From Clostridiales bacterium (GTDB lineage Bacteria > Bacillota > Clostridia > Acetivibrionales > RGIG10202): 64,000 nt of DNA. Of this stretch, positions 49,911 through 60,200 are shown one piece after another; within the stretch, counting starts at the first letter, position 1; each line of letters begins with the position of its first letter. A model generated the notes under the pieces. The model saw only the letters and a list, made by a program, of their open reading frames with translations, was not told the origin of the DNA and made no database searches. The position numbers and the translations under genes were made by a program. Location: assembly GCA_017961515.1 (NCBI GenBank), contig JAGCXC010000028.1, positions 6,853 through 70,852 on the forward strand, given 5' to 3'.

Positions 49911-51929
49911 GTGGAAAATTTACTTGCCATACTAGATAAGTTGAAAAGTAGGAAACGAGGTTTTAAAAGAGATTATTATATTCCAAGAGATTGGAACGTA
50001 TTGGGGTATAATAAATTTAAGACAGCCAAGAATGCAGAAAATGAGATAATAGTTAATCCATATGACTTTATGATATATACAATTGAGCAGGGTATATTAA
50101 GCAATGCAAATAAGAAAAAAAGATATGATAAAGCATTGGATGTTAATGCAAAGAATTCAGTTAATGTGTTTGAGAGTACAGTATATAGTATGCTTCCTAG
50201 AATGTTTACGGCATGGGATCATTACAAAAGTGGAGAAGTTTTGCAAGGATCTTTTGTAAAGTCTTTATGTTTGCTTCCATACTTGAAGCAATATAATATA
50301 GATATAATATATTTGTTACCTGTATTTGAGTACAGTAATCAGTATAAAAGAGGGGAGATAGGAAGTCCATATTCGATAAAAAATATATATAAGCTTGATG
50401 AAAACTTGCATGAGGAATTGTTAGGTCAGGATAAAGAAATGCTAGGAGTAGAATTTAAAGCTTTCGTTGAAGCTTGTCATATCATGGGTATAAGGGTTAT
50501 GGTAGACTTCGTATTTAGAACAGTTGCAAGGGATAATGATTTGATAGTAGAGCATCCGGATTGGTTTTATTGGATAGATTTAAAGTATAAGGATACATTT
50601 AGTATATTTAAGATACCTAGTTTAGACCAAAAAGTTGATGTATCGGAAAAAACAGTGCATGATTTATATAAAACGCCTGATCTTAAAAATTATTTGAAAC
50701 AGTTTAGAATGTGTCCTAAAGATGAAGACCCTTACAAATGGGAGCAATTGATAGAGAGGCATAATAATACAGGTGAAAACATATTGGATTTAATAGAAAG
50801 TTATTTTCATTTAACCACAGCTCCGGCTTTTTCAGATACACTAAATGATATTCAGCCAGCGTGGTCAGACGTTACATATATAAAATTTTTTAGAGATAGA
50901 AATGAGGTATCGAAAAAATACGTGAGTGATGATGTTCCGCCTTATATATTGCAAGATGGAGCAAAGCTTAGCGTGTTCCCGGCAAAAGATAAAATAAAAG
51001 AGTTGTGGGAATATGTTTTGGATGTGATACCGTTTTACCAAAATGAGTATATGATAGACGGAGCAAGAATTGATATGGGCCATGCACTACCAAGGGATTT
51101 GAATGAAAAGTTAGTAGCATTGGCAAAGAAGAACAATAAAAACTTTATACTTTGGTCGGAAGAGTTTGATCCTAAAAAGTCTAAACAAGCAAAAGATGCA
51201 GGATTTCATTTTATTAGTGGAAGCTTGTGGTCGGTGTATAAGGAAGTACAAGATGCAGGGTTTAATAGAGCTTTATTATTAGATAGCCTTATGTCGTCAG
51301 AGCTTCCTGTTGCAGCAGCAGTAGATACTCCAGATACACCAAGGGCTGCAACTATACATTATGACAAAACAGAATTGGAATTGATAGTGTTTTTGAATAG
51401 TTTTGTTCCAAATTCTGTGCCATTTATTACGAATGGTAGTGAATGTATGGAAATACAACCAATGAACATGGGGCTAGGGAATACACCTTCAGGCCAGTAT
51501 GTGTTACCCAAAAAGGATCCTATGTATGGAAAGCTTGCATTCTTTGACAAGTATAGTATACATTGGGGGACTAGCCAAGCTAAATGGATGTCAGAGATTA
51601 TGAAAAAAACAGCAGAGCTAAGGAAGAAATATATGAGTATATTATCTAAAAAAGAAAATTTTATTGTGCAAGAGGAAATGCAAAAACACTATGACTTCAT
51701 ATTTTTTGCATACTATGATAAGAAGAAAAGTAAAGGTTTATTCTTTTTAGCGAATAGGAAAATGGATCATTGGATTGAAGTTAATATAGGGGAGATATTA
51801 CCAGTAGATTTGAAACAGAAAAAGATATCTTTAATTTATGCAGGTGGTAATTTGTGTAATGTTCGATATAACCAATCTATAAATAAAGGATTGATGCCTG
51901 GAGAGGTTATATTAGGAGTAATAGAATAA
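49911..51929 (+). CDS. GH13 alpha-amylase-family enzyme, GlgE-like
   Basis: GH13 regions I (VMVDFVFRT), II (GARIDMGHA) and III (ILWSEEF). The segment IIYLLPVFEYS...GSPYSIKNIYKLDENL...EHPDWFYW resembles the GlgE/maltosyltransferase-type N-terminal catalytic segment. Confidence 0.6.
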   Translation: MENLLAILDKLKSRKRGFKRDYYIPRDWNVLGYNKFKTAKNAENEIIVNPYDFMIYTIEQGILSNANKKKRYDKALDVNAKNSVNVFESTVYSMLPRMFTAWDHYKSGEVLQGSFVKSLCLLPYLKQYNIDIIYLLPVFEYSNQYKRGEIGSPYSIKNIYKLDENLHEELLGQDKEMLGVEFKAFVEACHIMGIRVMVDFVFRTVARDNDLIVEHPDWFYWIDLKYKDTFSIFKIPSLDQKVDVSEKTVHDLYKTPDLKNYLKQFRMCPKDEDPYKWEQLIERHNNTGENILDLIESYFHLTTAPAFSDTLNDIQPAWSDVTYIKFFRDRNEVSKKYVSDDVPPYILQDGAKLSVFPAKDKIKELWEYVLDVIPFYQNEYMIDGARIDMGHALPRDLNEKLVALAKKNNKNFILWSEEFDPKKSKQAKDAGFHFISGSLWSVYKEVQDAGFNRALLLDSLMSSELPVAAAVDTPDTPRAATIHYDKTELELIVFLNSFVPNSVPFITNGSECMEIQPMNMGLGNTPSGQYVLPKKDPMYGKLAFFDKYSIHWGTSQAKWMSEIMKKTAELRKKYMSILSKKENFIVQEEMQKHYDFIFFAYYDKKKSKGLFFLANRKMDHWIEVNIGEILPVDLKQKKISLIYAGGNLCNVRYNQSINKGLMPGEVILGVIE

Positions 51930-52290
51930 AAAAATGTTTGCTAATTTTTATGAAGTGTGGTACAATTTGACTGCGAATTAAATTTGTGGTTAAAAAGGTT
52001 TTTTGTTATAAATAACAAAGAAAAGGAAAAATGAAAGTTGACAAATGTAAAAAAGTGCTATAGAATACGGGTTGGTCGTGAAGTACATTTGATTCCGGTT
52101 GTAGAGCATATAGCTATTGTCACATTGTGGTAGTAAAGTAAAACAAAAATGGGATACGGTTAATGCATTTATATATATTGTAAGAGGCAATATTGAGTTT
52201 TAGAAGTGTATTAATAACTAAAAATTCCATTATAACAGACAATTTAGGCAGTATATTAATTTTAGTGAAGATACGGGGAGGAATTTTTAG

Positions 52291-53907
52291 ATGACAAAGG
52301 ATCTAAAAAAGACATTAAAAGTAGCATATTTTTGTATGGAGTTTGGTTTACATGAGGATTTCAGAATATATTCTGGAGGGTTAGGAATATTAGCAGGTGA
52401 CATATTAAAGGCTGCTAAGGATTTAGAAACACAAATGGTAGGCGTAGGTATATTATGGAGACAAGGATATGTAGAACAAACAATTGGTGTAAATGGAAAG
52501 ACAGTGGATTCTTATCCTGCGTACGAGTACGACTTTTTGAAGGATACAGGTGTCAAGGTAAGTATAAAGATAAGAGAAAGGGATGTAGTTTGTAAAGTTT
52601 GGGAATGTACAAAGTATGGAAATGTTCCATTGTACTTGTTAGACACAAACTTGCCAGAGAATTCAGATGCGTTGTTAACAGGTCAATTGTATGGTTGGTT
52701 TCAAGAAGAAAGAGTAGCGCAAGAGATGATACTAAGCATAGGAGGAGTTCGTGCGTTAAAGAAACTAGGTATAGATGTAGATATATATCACTTCAATGAT
52801 AGCCATCCAGTGTTGGCAGGAACTGAGTTAATAAAAGAGTTTATGACAAAAGAAGGAATGTCATTTAAAGAGGCTTGGAATAAAGTGAGGAATAAGATAA
52901 TATTTACAACACATACACCAGTAGTTGCAGGAAATGAAGTTCATGAGCACAGGGTGTTAAGCTATATGGGGGCATACAACGGCTTAACTTATGAGCAAAT
53001 GAAAGAATTAGGTGGAGATCCATTTAGTATGACAGTGGCTGGTCTTAGATTATCTAGAAAGGCTAATGGTGTTGCCAAATTACATGGAGAAACAGCTAAG
53101 AAGATGTGGAATTACGTAACAGATTCATCTGAAATAATAGCTATAACAAATGGAGTACATAATAAGACATGGCAAGATAAAAGAATAGTAGAGGCATTTA
53201 ATGCTAATGCTGATTTATGGGCGCCACATATGGAGTTAAAGAGAGAGTTGTTTGAGGAAATCTATAAAAGAAATGGAGTAAGATTAGACGAGAACGTTCT
53301 TACAATAGGATTTGCTAGGAGAGCTGCACCATACAAAAGAAGTGATTTGATATTTAGAAATAAAGAGGTTATAAATAAGCTTTTGGATAGCAAAAAATTG
53401 CAGATAGTATTTGCAGGAAAAGCGCATCCAAACGACTTAACAGGAAAAGAGATTATAGCGAATTTGTATGCAATGTCTAAAAAGTATCCAGATTCAATAG
53501 TTTTCTTACAAAACTATGATATGAAGATAGGAAAGATAATAACAAGAGGTTGCGATATTTGGTTGAATAATCCGATAAGACCTATGGAGGCTAGTGGAAC
53601 ATCAGGAATGAAGGCTGCAATGAATGGAGTATTAAATTGTAGTGTTCTTGATGGTTGGTGGCCAGAAGGATGTGAGCATGGTGTTACAGGATGGCAAATA
53701 GGTGGAGGGTATGAAGGCCCAGATGCAGATAAAGTAGATTCAGAATCTTTGTATCAAGTATTATTAAATGAAGTAATACCAACTTATTACGAGAACAAGG
53801 CAAAATGGAAAGAAATGATGAGAAACAGTATAGAGATGTCTCATTGGAATTTTTCAGCAGAGAGAATGGTGTCAGATTATTATGACAAAATGTATTCAGA
53901 AGAGTAA
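52291..53907 (+). CDS. glgP: Alpha-glucan phosphorylase (GT35, short form)
   Basis: YFCMEFGLHE...YSGGLGILAGD and the PLP site EASGTSGMKAAMNG. 538 aa. Confidence 0.85.
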   Translation: MTKDLKKTLKVAYFCMEFGLHEDFRIYSGGLGILAGDILKAAKDLETQMVGVGILWRQGYVEQTIGVNGKTVDSYPAYEYDFLKDTGVKVSIKIRERDVVCKVWECTKYGNVPLYLLDTNLPENSDALLTGQLYGWFQEERVAQEMILSIGGVRALKKLGIDVDIYHFNDSHPVLAGTELIKEFMTKEGMSFKEAWNKVRNKIIFTTHTPVVAGNEVHEHRVLSYMGAYNGLTYEQMKELGGDPFSMTVAGLRLSRKANGVAKLHGETAKKMWNYVTDSSEIIAITNGVHNKTWQDKRIVEAFNANADLWAPHMELKRELFEEIYKRNGVRLDENVLTIGFARRAAPYKRSDLIFRNKEVINKLLDSKKLQIVFAGKAHPNDLTGKEIIANLYAMSKKYPDSIVFLQNYDMKIGKIITRGCDIWLNNPIRPMEASGTSGMKAAMNGVLNCSVLDGWWPEGCEHGVTGWQIGGGYEGPDADKVDSESLYQVLLNEVIPTYYENKAKWKEMMRNSIEMSHWNFSAERMVSDYYDKMYSEE

Positions 53908-53933
53908 ATAGTGTAGAATAATGATTTATACCA

Positions 53934-53964
53934 AGCACAAGGGATATTGTACTCTTGTGCTTTT
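53934..53964 (+). terminator. Rho-independent terminator after glgP
   Basis: AGCACAAG ... CTTGTGCT followed by TTT. Confidence 0.7.
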
Positions 53965-54093
53965 GTGATATAGGAAGATTTTTTATTGAAATTTTGGCAA
54001 TAAGTCTCCCAGCCGTACGAACGTGAAAATTTGTTGCCTTTATTTATATTAGGACAATTAAAATAAGTATATTAGTAAAAGAGCAAAGTATGT

Positions 54094-54441
54094 TTAGTTT
54101 AGCAAGCCAAAGCTTATGCTTATAGCATTATTTACAGTTTCCATTTCTTGTTCACTTAAGTGGCCTATTTTTTCCATAAGCCGTTGTCTATCTATGGTGC
54201 GTATTTGTTCTAATAGTATTACAGAATCTTTAGCTAAGCCGTAATTTTTCCCTGATAGTTCTATATGTGTAGGTAGTTTGGATTTTTCTAATTGTGATGT
54301 TATAGCGGCAGCAATTATAGTAGGGCTATATTTGTTGCCAATATCATTTTGTATAATAAGGACAGGTCTGATGCCACCTTGTTCAGATCCAATTACAGGA
54401 CTTAGATCTGCATAAAAAATATCTCCTCTTTTTATAATCAA
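54094..54441 (-). CDS. mazF: MazF/EndoA (PemK-family) endoribonuclease toxin
   Basis: [47 protein letters not shown]...[13 protein letters not shown] closely follows the NdoA/MazF pattern. TTG start lies 9 nt after AAGGAG. Confidence 0.9.
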   Translation of the reverse strand: MIIKRGDIFYADLSPVIGSEQGGIRPVLIIQNDIGNKYSPTIIAAAITSQLEKSKLPTHIELSGKNYGLAKDSVILLEQIRTIDRQRLMEKIGHLSEQEMETVNNAISISFGLLN

Positions 54442-54655
54442 TTATTTCATCTCCTTAAAAATTGAAAAGGATTTTAAATTTTAGTGTCAAAGTATAATAT
54501 AACCATTTAGAAGAAATTAAATAAAGCAAATATTTCCAATGGTGATATTTAGTATATTAAAAACAAGATATAAGTTTCCATAAAACATAAATATTTTTTG
54601 ATAAAAATAGTATACTAATAAAAGGCTGGTGTTTTATTTGTAGAGGTATAAATAC

Positions 54656-55435
54656 ATGTTAGTATGTATGTTAGTAAAATGTATGTTAATTATACTTAGT
54701 TTTTTGTTACATGAATTAGGACATATAATTGCTATTAAAATTTTTGGAGTTACTTTACGAAAAATAAGATTCGTTGGTGTAGGCGCGAGTATATTAATTG
54801 ACGAAAGAAGTCTTAATGATAATCAAAAAGCCGTAATATATTTATCAGGGCCATTAATGAATATAATTTTTGCGACAATAGCACATTTAATATCAAGTTC
54901 TAACTACATATTATATTTTACAAGAATAAATATATGTATATTTATTGTAAATATATTACCCATTATACCTTTAGATGGAAGTAAAATTATTAAAATTATA
55001 TTAGAAAGAAAATTAGGCATGAATAAAAGTAAAAGAATGATAATCAGATTATCGAACACATGCATAGTTATTTTGGGTATATTAGGAATAATTCAAATAA
55101 TAAAACATAAGAATTTCAATATACTAGTTGTTGTTATATATATAAATAACATTATTAGAGAGGAGATTAGGATGTCAAATTTAAAAGGAATGGAGAGGAT
55201 ATTAACTAGGAAGGAACGATTTTTAAAAAAGGGAATTTATCCAGTTAGACACATAGCAGTGTTAAATAATGGATTTGTTAGTGATGTACTAAAAAATTTA
55301 GATTTTGATAGTATACACATAATAAATATATTAGACAAAGATTTAAATTTGCTTGCTGTGATTAATGAAGAAAAATTATTAAACAGTTTAATAGAAAAGG
55401 GAACAGGTATAACATTTAATGACATCAAAAATTAA
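54656..55435 (+). CDS. M50 site-2 metalloprotease, SpoIVFB-like
   Basis: HELGH in the first TM helix, NILPIIPLDGSKI in a later TM helix, and a C-terminal CBS-like soluble domain. The N-terminus is shorter than typical SpoIVFB. Confidence 0.6.
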   Translation: MLVCMLVKCMLIILSFLLHELGHIIAIKIFGVTLRKIRFVGVGASILIDERSLNDNQKAVIYLSGPLMNIIFATIAHLISSSNYILYFTRINICIFIVNILPIIPLDGSKIIKIILERKLGMNKSKRMIIRLSNTCIVILGILGIIQIIKHKNFNILVVVIYINNIIREEIRMSNLKGMERILTRKERFLKKGIYPVRHIAVLNNGFVSDVLKNLDFDSIHIINILDKDLNLLAVINEEKLLNSLIEKGTGITFNDIKN

Positions 55436-55468
55436 GTTTAAGAAATATTAAATTAAGAAATACTATTA

Positions 55469-56008
55469 TTGAAATCAAAGATATGGTGGTGGATATGTGT
55501 GATAAAGCAAAGTGAATGTATAGGTTTGCCGATAATTAGTGAAAAAGAAGGAGAGATAGTTGGGCGAGTGCAAGATTTTTTGATTTCAGATAAAGATAAA
55601 AGTATCTTTGGGTTCATATTGGAAGGGAATTTATTTTCTGGTGAAAAAATTATTTTGCTGGAAAATGTTTTAAAGATGGGAAAAGATGCGATTGTAGTTG
55701 ATAACAAAGACGTTGTGAGTAATTTGAAGGTAGATATAAATTATAAAATGAAGGATAAGGAAGTTTATACTAAAGATGGAATAAATTTAGGAATGATAAA
55801 GGACATAAGAGTGAATGAAGAAAATGGTGAAATAGAATGTGTAGAAATATCGGATGGCATAATATCAGATATTATTAATGGTCGAAGGGTGTTACCTCTA
55901 ATAGGAAAAGTTTTATTTTCAGATAATAATATTATCGTGGAAAAGCAAGCATATGAAGAAATAGAATCCAGCAGCAAAGGAATTAATAACTATTTAGGTG
56001 CTTTTTAG
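55469..56008 (+). CDS. Tandem PRC-barrel domain protein
   Basis: Two units of the YlmC/YmxH-like pattern (IGLPIISEKEGEIVGRVQDFLI... and VYTKDGINLGMIKDIRVNEENGEIECVEI). The start is uncertain; GTG 55499 after GGTGG is an alternative. Confidence 0.55.
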   Translation: MKSKIWWWICVIKQSECIGLPIISEKEGEIVGRVQDFLISDKDKSIFGFILEGNLFSGEKIILLENVLKMGKDAIVVDNKDVVSNLKVDINYKMKDKEVYTKDGINLGMIKDIRVNEENGEIECVEISDGIISDIINGRRVLPLIGKVLFSDNNIIVEKQAYEEIESSSKGINNYLGAF

Positions 56009-56047
56009 CTTGACTCACTTTAAAATTATGAAAATGATTTAAAAAAG

Positions 56048-56078
56048 TGGCTACAGAGATAAATTGCTGTAGCCATTT
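56048..56078 (+). terminator. Rho-independent terminator
   Basis: TGGCTACAG ... CTGTAGCCA followed by TTT. Confidence 0.65.
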
Positions 56079-56173
56079 ACTGTTGACAGCATTTTTTCCC
56101 CCTTTAAATTTTAGGAAATATGTAGTATAATGACCGTATAATTTGTAAACAGAGTGGAGAAAGAGTGGTTTTA

Positions 56174-57208
56174 ATGAAAAGAGTATTAGTTAATTCAAAA
56201 GAGAATCCATATTATATTTATATAAATGACAATTTTGAATATTTTATAAAGTTACTTAAAGAATACAAGTTAAATAAAGTAGTGATTGTGTTTGACTATA
56301 ATGCATATAAGTTCCATGGGAAACAGTTCATTAAGCTTTTAGAGGAAAATGAGATTTTACAGGAAAAGTATATATTAAAGTCTAATGAGAAGAATAAGAA
56401 TCTAAATACGGTTTATGATATATATGATTTTTTATATAGAGCCAAAGTCGATCGGAATGCGGTACTTATAGCTTTTGGAGGAGGAATAATTGGAGATATA
56501 GTTGGATTTGTAGCAAGTAGTTATAAGAGGGGGATTAGGTTTATACAGGTTCCGACAACATTACTTGCGTGTATAGATAGTAGCATAGGTGGAAAAGTTG
56601 CAGTTAATTTTAAGGATATTAAAAATCTAATAGGTGCATTCTATAACCCTTTGTTTGTGTACGAAAATGTAACTTTATTAAACACTTTAGAAAAAAGAGA
56701 GTATAATTGTGGTATGGTAGAAATAATAAAGCATGCATTGTTAGCTGATGCAGAGTTTTTTGAGCAAATAGAGAGTGGGAATTGTAAAAGCTTGGAAGAA
56801 ATGATAAGAAAGAGTGTAGAAATAAAGGCTGAGATAGTGGAAATAGATGAAAAGGAAAACGGATTAAGAGTTATATTAAATTTAGGTCATACTGTTGGGC
56901 ATGCGATTGAGAGTGTGTCTAAATTTAGAGTATCTCATGGGGAAGCTGTAGCATTGGGTATACTTTATAGTCTTAAGGTATCATGTGAATTGAATAAGAT
57001 GAGCAAAAAAAATGCAAAACGAATAGAAAAATTATTTAAAGAGATTGGAGTGTTACCTAAAAATCTAAAAGATCTTAGTGCTAGAAAGATAAAAAAATGT
57101 ATTGAACAAGATAAAAAGATGAAGGATGGAATATTACAATATGTAATTTTGGATGATATAGGTAAATATGAAATATTACATATGGACAAAATGAAGTATT
57201 TTTCTTAA
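56174..57208 (+). CDS. aroB: 3-dehydroquinate synthase
   Basis: GGGIIGDIVGFVASSY, VPTTLLACIDSSIGGKVAVN and LNLGHTVGHAIE motifs. Confidence 0.9.
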   Translation: MKRVLVNSKENPYYIYINDNFEYFIKLLKEYKLNKVVIVFDYNAYKFHGKQFIKLLEENEILQEKYILKSNEKNKNLNTVYDIYDFLYRAKVDRNAVLIAFGGGIIGDIVGFVASSYKRGIRFIQVPTTLLACIDSSIGGKVAVNFKDIKNLIGAFYNPLFVYENVTLLNTLEKREYNCGMVEIIKHALLADAEFFEQIESGNCKSLEEMIRKSVEIKAEIVEIDEKENGLRVILNLGHTVGHAIESVSKFRVSHGEAVALGILYSLKVSCELNKMSKKNAKRIEKLFKEIGVLPKNLKDLSARKIKKCIEQDKKMKDGILQYVILDDIGKYEILHMDKMKYFS

Positions 57209-57239
57209 AAAAGGTAAAGCAGGGAAGGAGAGAAACAGC

Positions 57240-60200
57240 GTGTATAAGAAAGATATTAGAGTGGATAAGAGTCAAGATAATAAAATTAAAAATGAATTGA
57301 ATTTAGAGTGTTATTCATTTTCAAGTGATATGTCTTTTAAGGGTGCAAATAAGTTCTTTAATTTAGAAAAAATGAGTAATAGATTTAGTGGTTTAGTCTC
57401 TCCCCCAATGAGTTCTAATAGTGCATCTTATAGAGAAGATTTCTATGATGGATCAATGACGCCGGAAAGTTTTTATGATTCAATTGATGGCGAAAGTGAC
57501 ATTTTTACAGAAGATATAGAATATTTAATTGATGATACTAGTTTTTTAAATGGTGTGGATTTAAATGATGAAGTTTTTATAGAAATTTTTTTAAAGGCAG
57601 AGGAAGATCCAATCCTATGCAAAAGTTTTGTAGATAGAATGGGAAAAACTATGTTGATGTACGCTGCACAGCATGATGTTGATTTAAGAGGTACGGGAAA
57701 AGATATGAGTCAAAAGGAGATAATTGAATATCTTGTTAACATGTCCCCAGATACGCTATATTACAGGGATATTAATGATAAGTCGGCGCTTACTTATGCA
57801 GTAGCATCAGGAGATATGAGAATTGTATGTTGTTTTATAAATCTTATGGAAGAGTATATAAATGATGATATGAAGTGGGAGTTAGAGCAATTTGATAATA
57901 TGGGAAAGACGTTATTGATGCATGCAGTAGAGTCTGGGAATAAGGAATTAGTAAAATATTTAGTGGAGGAAATGGACGCTAATATAAATAAAACAGACAA
58001 CAATGGTAAAACTATATTAAGATATGCGCTAGATTTGAAAAATGTAGCTTTACTTAAATATTTTATAGAGGAAAGAAATGCGGATATATATGCAGTAGAT
58101 AATACTGGAAAGAACTTATTGGAGCATATATTAGACATACATGAGTTGGATTTTATTGGACAACTCATAGGCATAAATGATAAAAAATATAAAAGTATTA
58201 TACTAGATTATTTAACAAACATACAAAATGTTGAGTTAATAATGGGGTTACTAGATAGGAAAGATAGGAAAGGAAGAAACGTATTATATTATGCAATAGA
58301 AAAGAATACCAATATCTTTTATAAAATAGAGGAAAAATGTAAGCTTGTAAATTGTGTTGATTACGATGGTATAACTTTATTGATGTATGCTATAATCAAA
58401 GGTAAAAAGGATATTGCACGGTATTTAAAAGAAAATGGTGCTTATGTAAAGTGTGCAGATAGTAAAGGTAAGACAGCTTTAATTTACGCGATAGAAAAAG
58501 ACAATAAAGAGATTATACATATACTTTCAGAAGGTAAAATTGGGGAATTAAACGATATTGCATATATTAGATATGCGATTGAAACTTGTGATAAAAATCT
58601 TTTAGAGTACGTGGTAGATAAAAATGATGAAGATGGTAAAACAGTATTGATGCACGCAGTAGAAATGGGAAATGTAGAGATGGCTAGGTATCTTTTGCAG
58701 AGGGACAATGATGTAAGCATCAAAGACAAAGATGGGAAGAATGTATTAATGTATGCGCTTGAGTTGAAAAATTTAAGTGTTATAAATTTGTTCAAGAATA
58801 AAGTGGATATGGATGGAAGGAATATATTATATTATGCAGCTCGGTCAAAGGATATGTTGCAAAGGTTAAAAAAAATAATAGATATACGAAGGCAAGATAC
58901 AAATGGAAATACAGTGCTTACGTATGTTGCAGAACAGGGTATAGATGAGAATATTCCATGGTTACTTAGCCATGGACTAAGTTTTAAAAATGACAACAAT
59001 GCTACAAAATTTGCAGTTAAGTTATGGAGTGATGCAAAATTAGATAGATTTATAAAAAACATGGATGTGGATAAAGTACTAATGTATGCGTTAGAGTTTG
59101 GGAAGAAAAATAGAGTAAAGTATATGATAGATAAAGGTGCGAATCTTAATGCAATTGATGAAGAGGGAAGAACAATGCTTATGTATGCAGCTAAGGCTGG
59201 TAATATTGAGTATGTGAAAAAATTAATAGGGATTTATACTAATGCCAAGGATAAAACAGGAAAGACAGCGGTGACGTATGCAATGGAGAGTTTTAATTTT
59301 GACATAGCTTCTTATTTGATTGATTATGGAATAGAAATTGGGAATATAACAGCCAAAAAAGAAACAATTTTGATTCGTGCAATAAAAGAGAAAAATTGCA
59401 GAATAGTTAATTTGTTGTTGGAGTTGGGTGCAAATGTAAATGAATTTGATTTAAATGGAAAAACAGCGCTTATGCACACAATAGAGCAAAATGATAGAGA
59501 TATGGTGGAATGTGTTTTAGACAGTATAAAAACATCAGATGAATTATTCCAGGATGGTAAAACGCTTATGTATGCAGTGGGAAATGGAAGTGATGTTGTA
59601 GTAAAATATTTGTTAGATCAGGGTGCTTCGATAGATGAAAAAGATGATCGTGGCGTTACAGCGATGGATTATTTGATGTATATAATCTCATCTAACCACA
59701 GTAATGTAAAGAATGTGCTCAAACAGTTTGTGAATAAAAAAAATAAATATGGTTTTACTGTATTATCTTACATGGTATCAGATGCAATGGAAGAAGAATC
59801 AAAGTATTCTTATATAGAGGAAATAAGATTTTTGTTAGAGAATGGAGCTTTTGCTCGAGAATTAGACTTTAACGGGATATCATTATTAATGTATGCTATA
59901 AAAATTGAAGATATGGAACTTGTAGAAGATTTAGTAGAGAATAAAATGCTTGATGTAAATCATGTAGATAATTTCGGAGAAAGTGTGATACAGTATGCTG
60001 TTAAATCTGGAGATGCAGAAATGTTTGAATATATAATAGATAAGGGTGCAGTAATAAATGGGGATATATGGGACATGTTGGTGTATGCAGTAAAATCGCC
60101 TGGTGATTCTAAAATCGCCCAATATTTAATAAATAATTATGACATAAATCTAAACGAGAGGGATGATGATGGCAATACAATTCTTATGTATGCGTTAGAG

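Noticed and set aside
51990-52190. 66-aa minus-strand ORF in the glgP leader
   Set aside because: It has no RBS, its composition is hydrophobic and AT-driven, and it is antisense to a promoter and leader.
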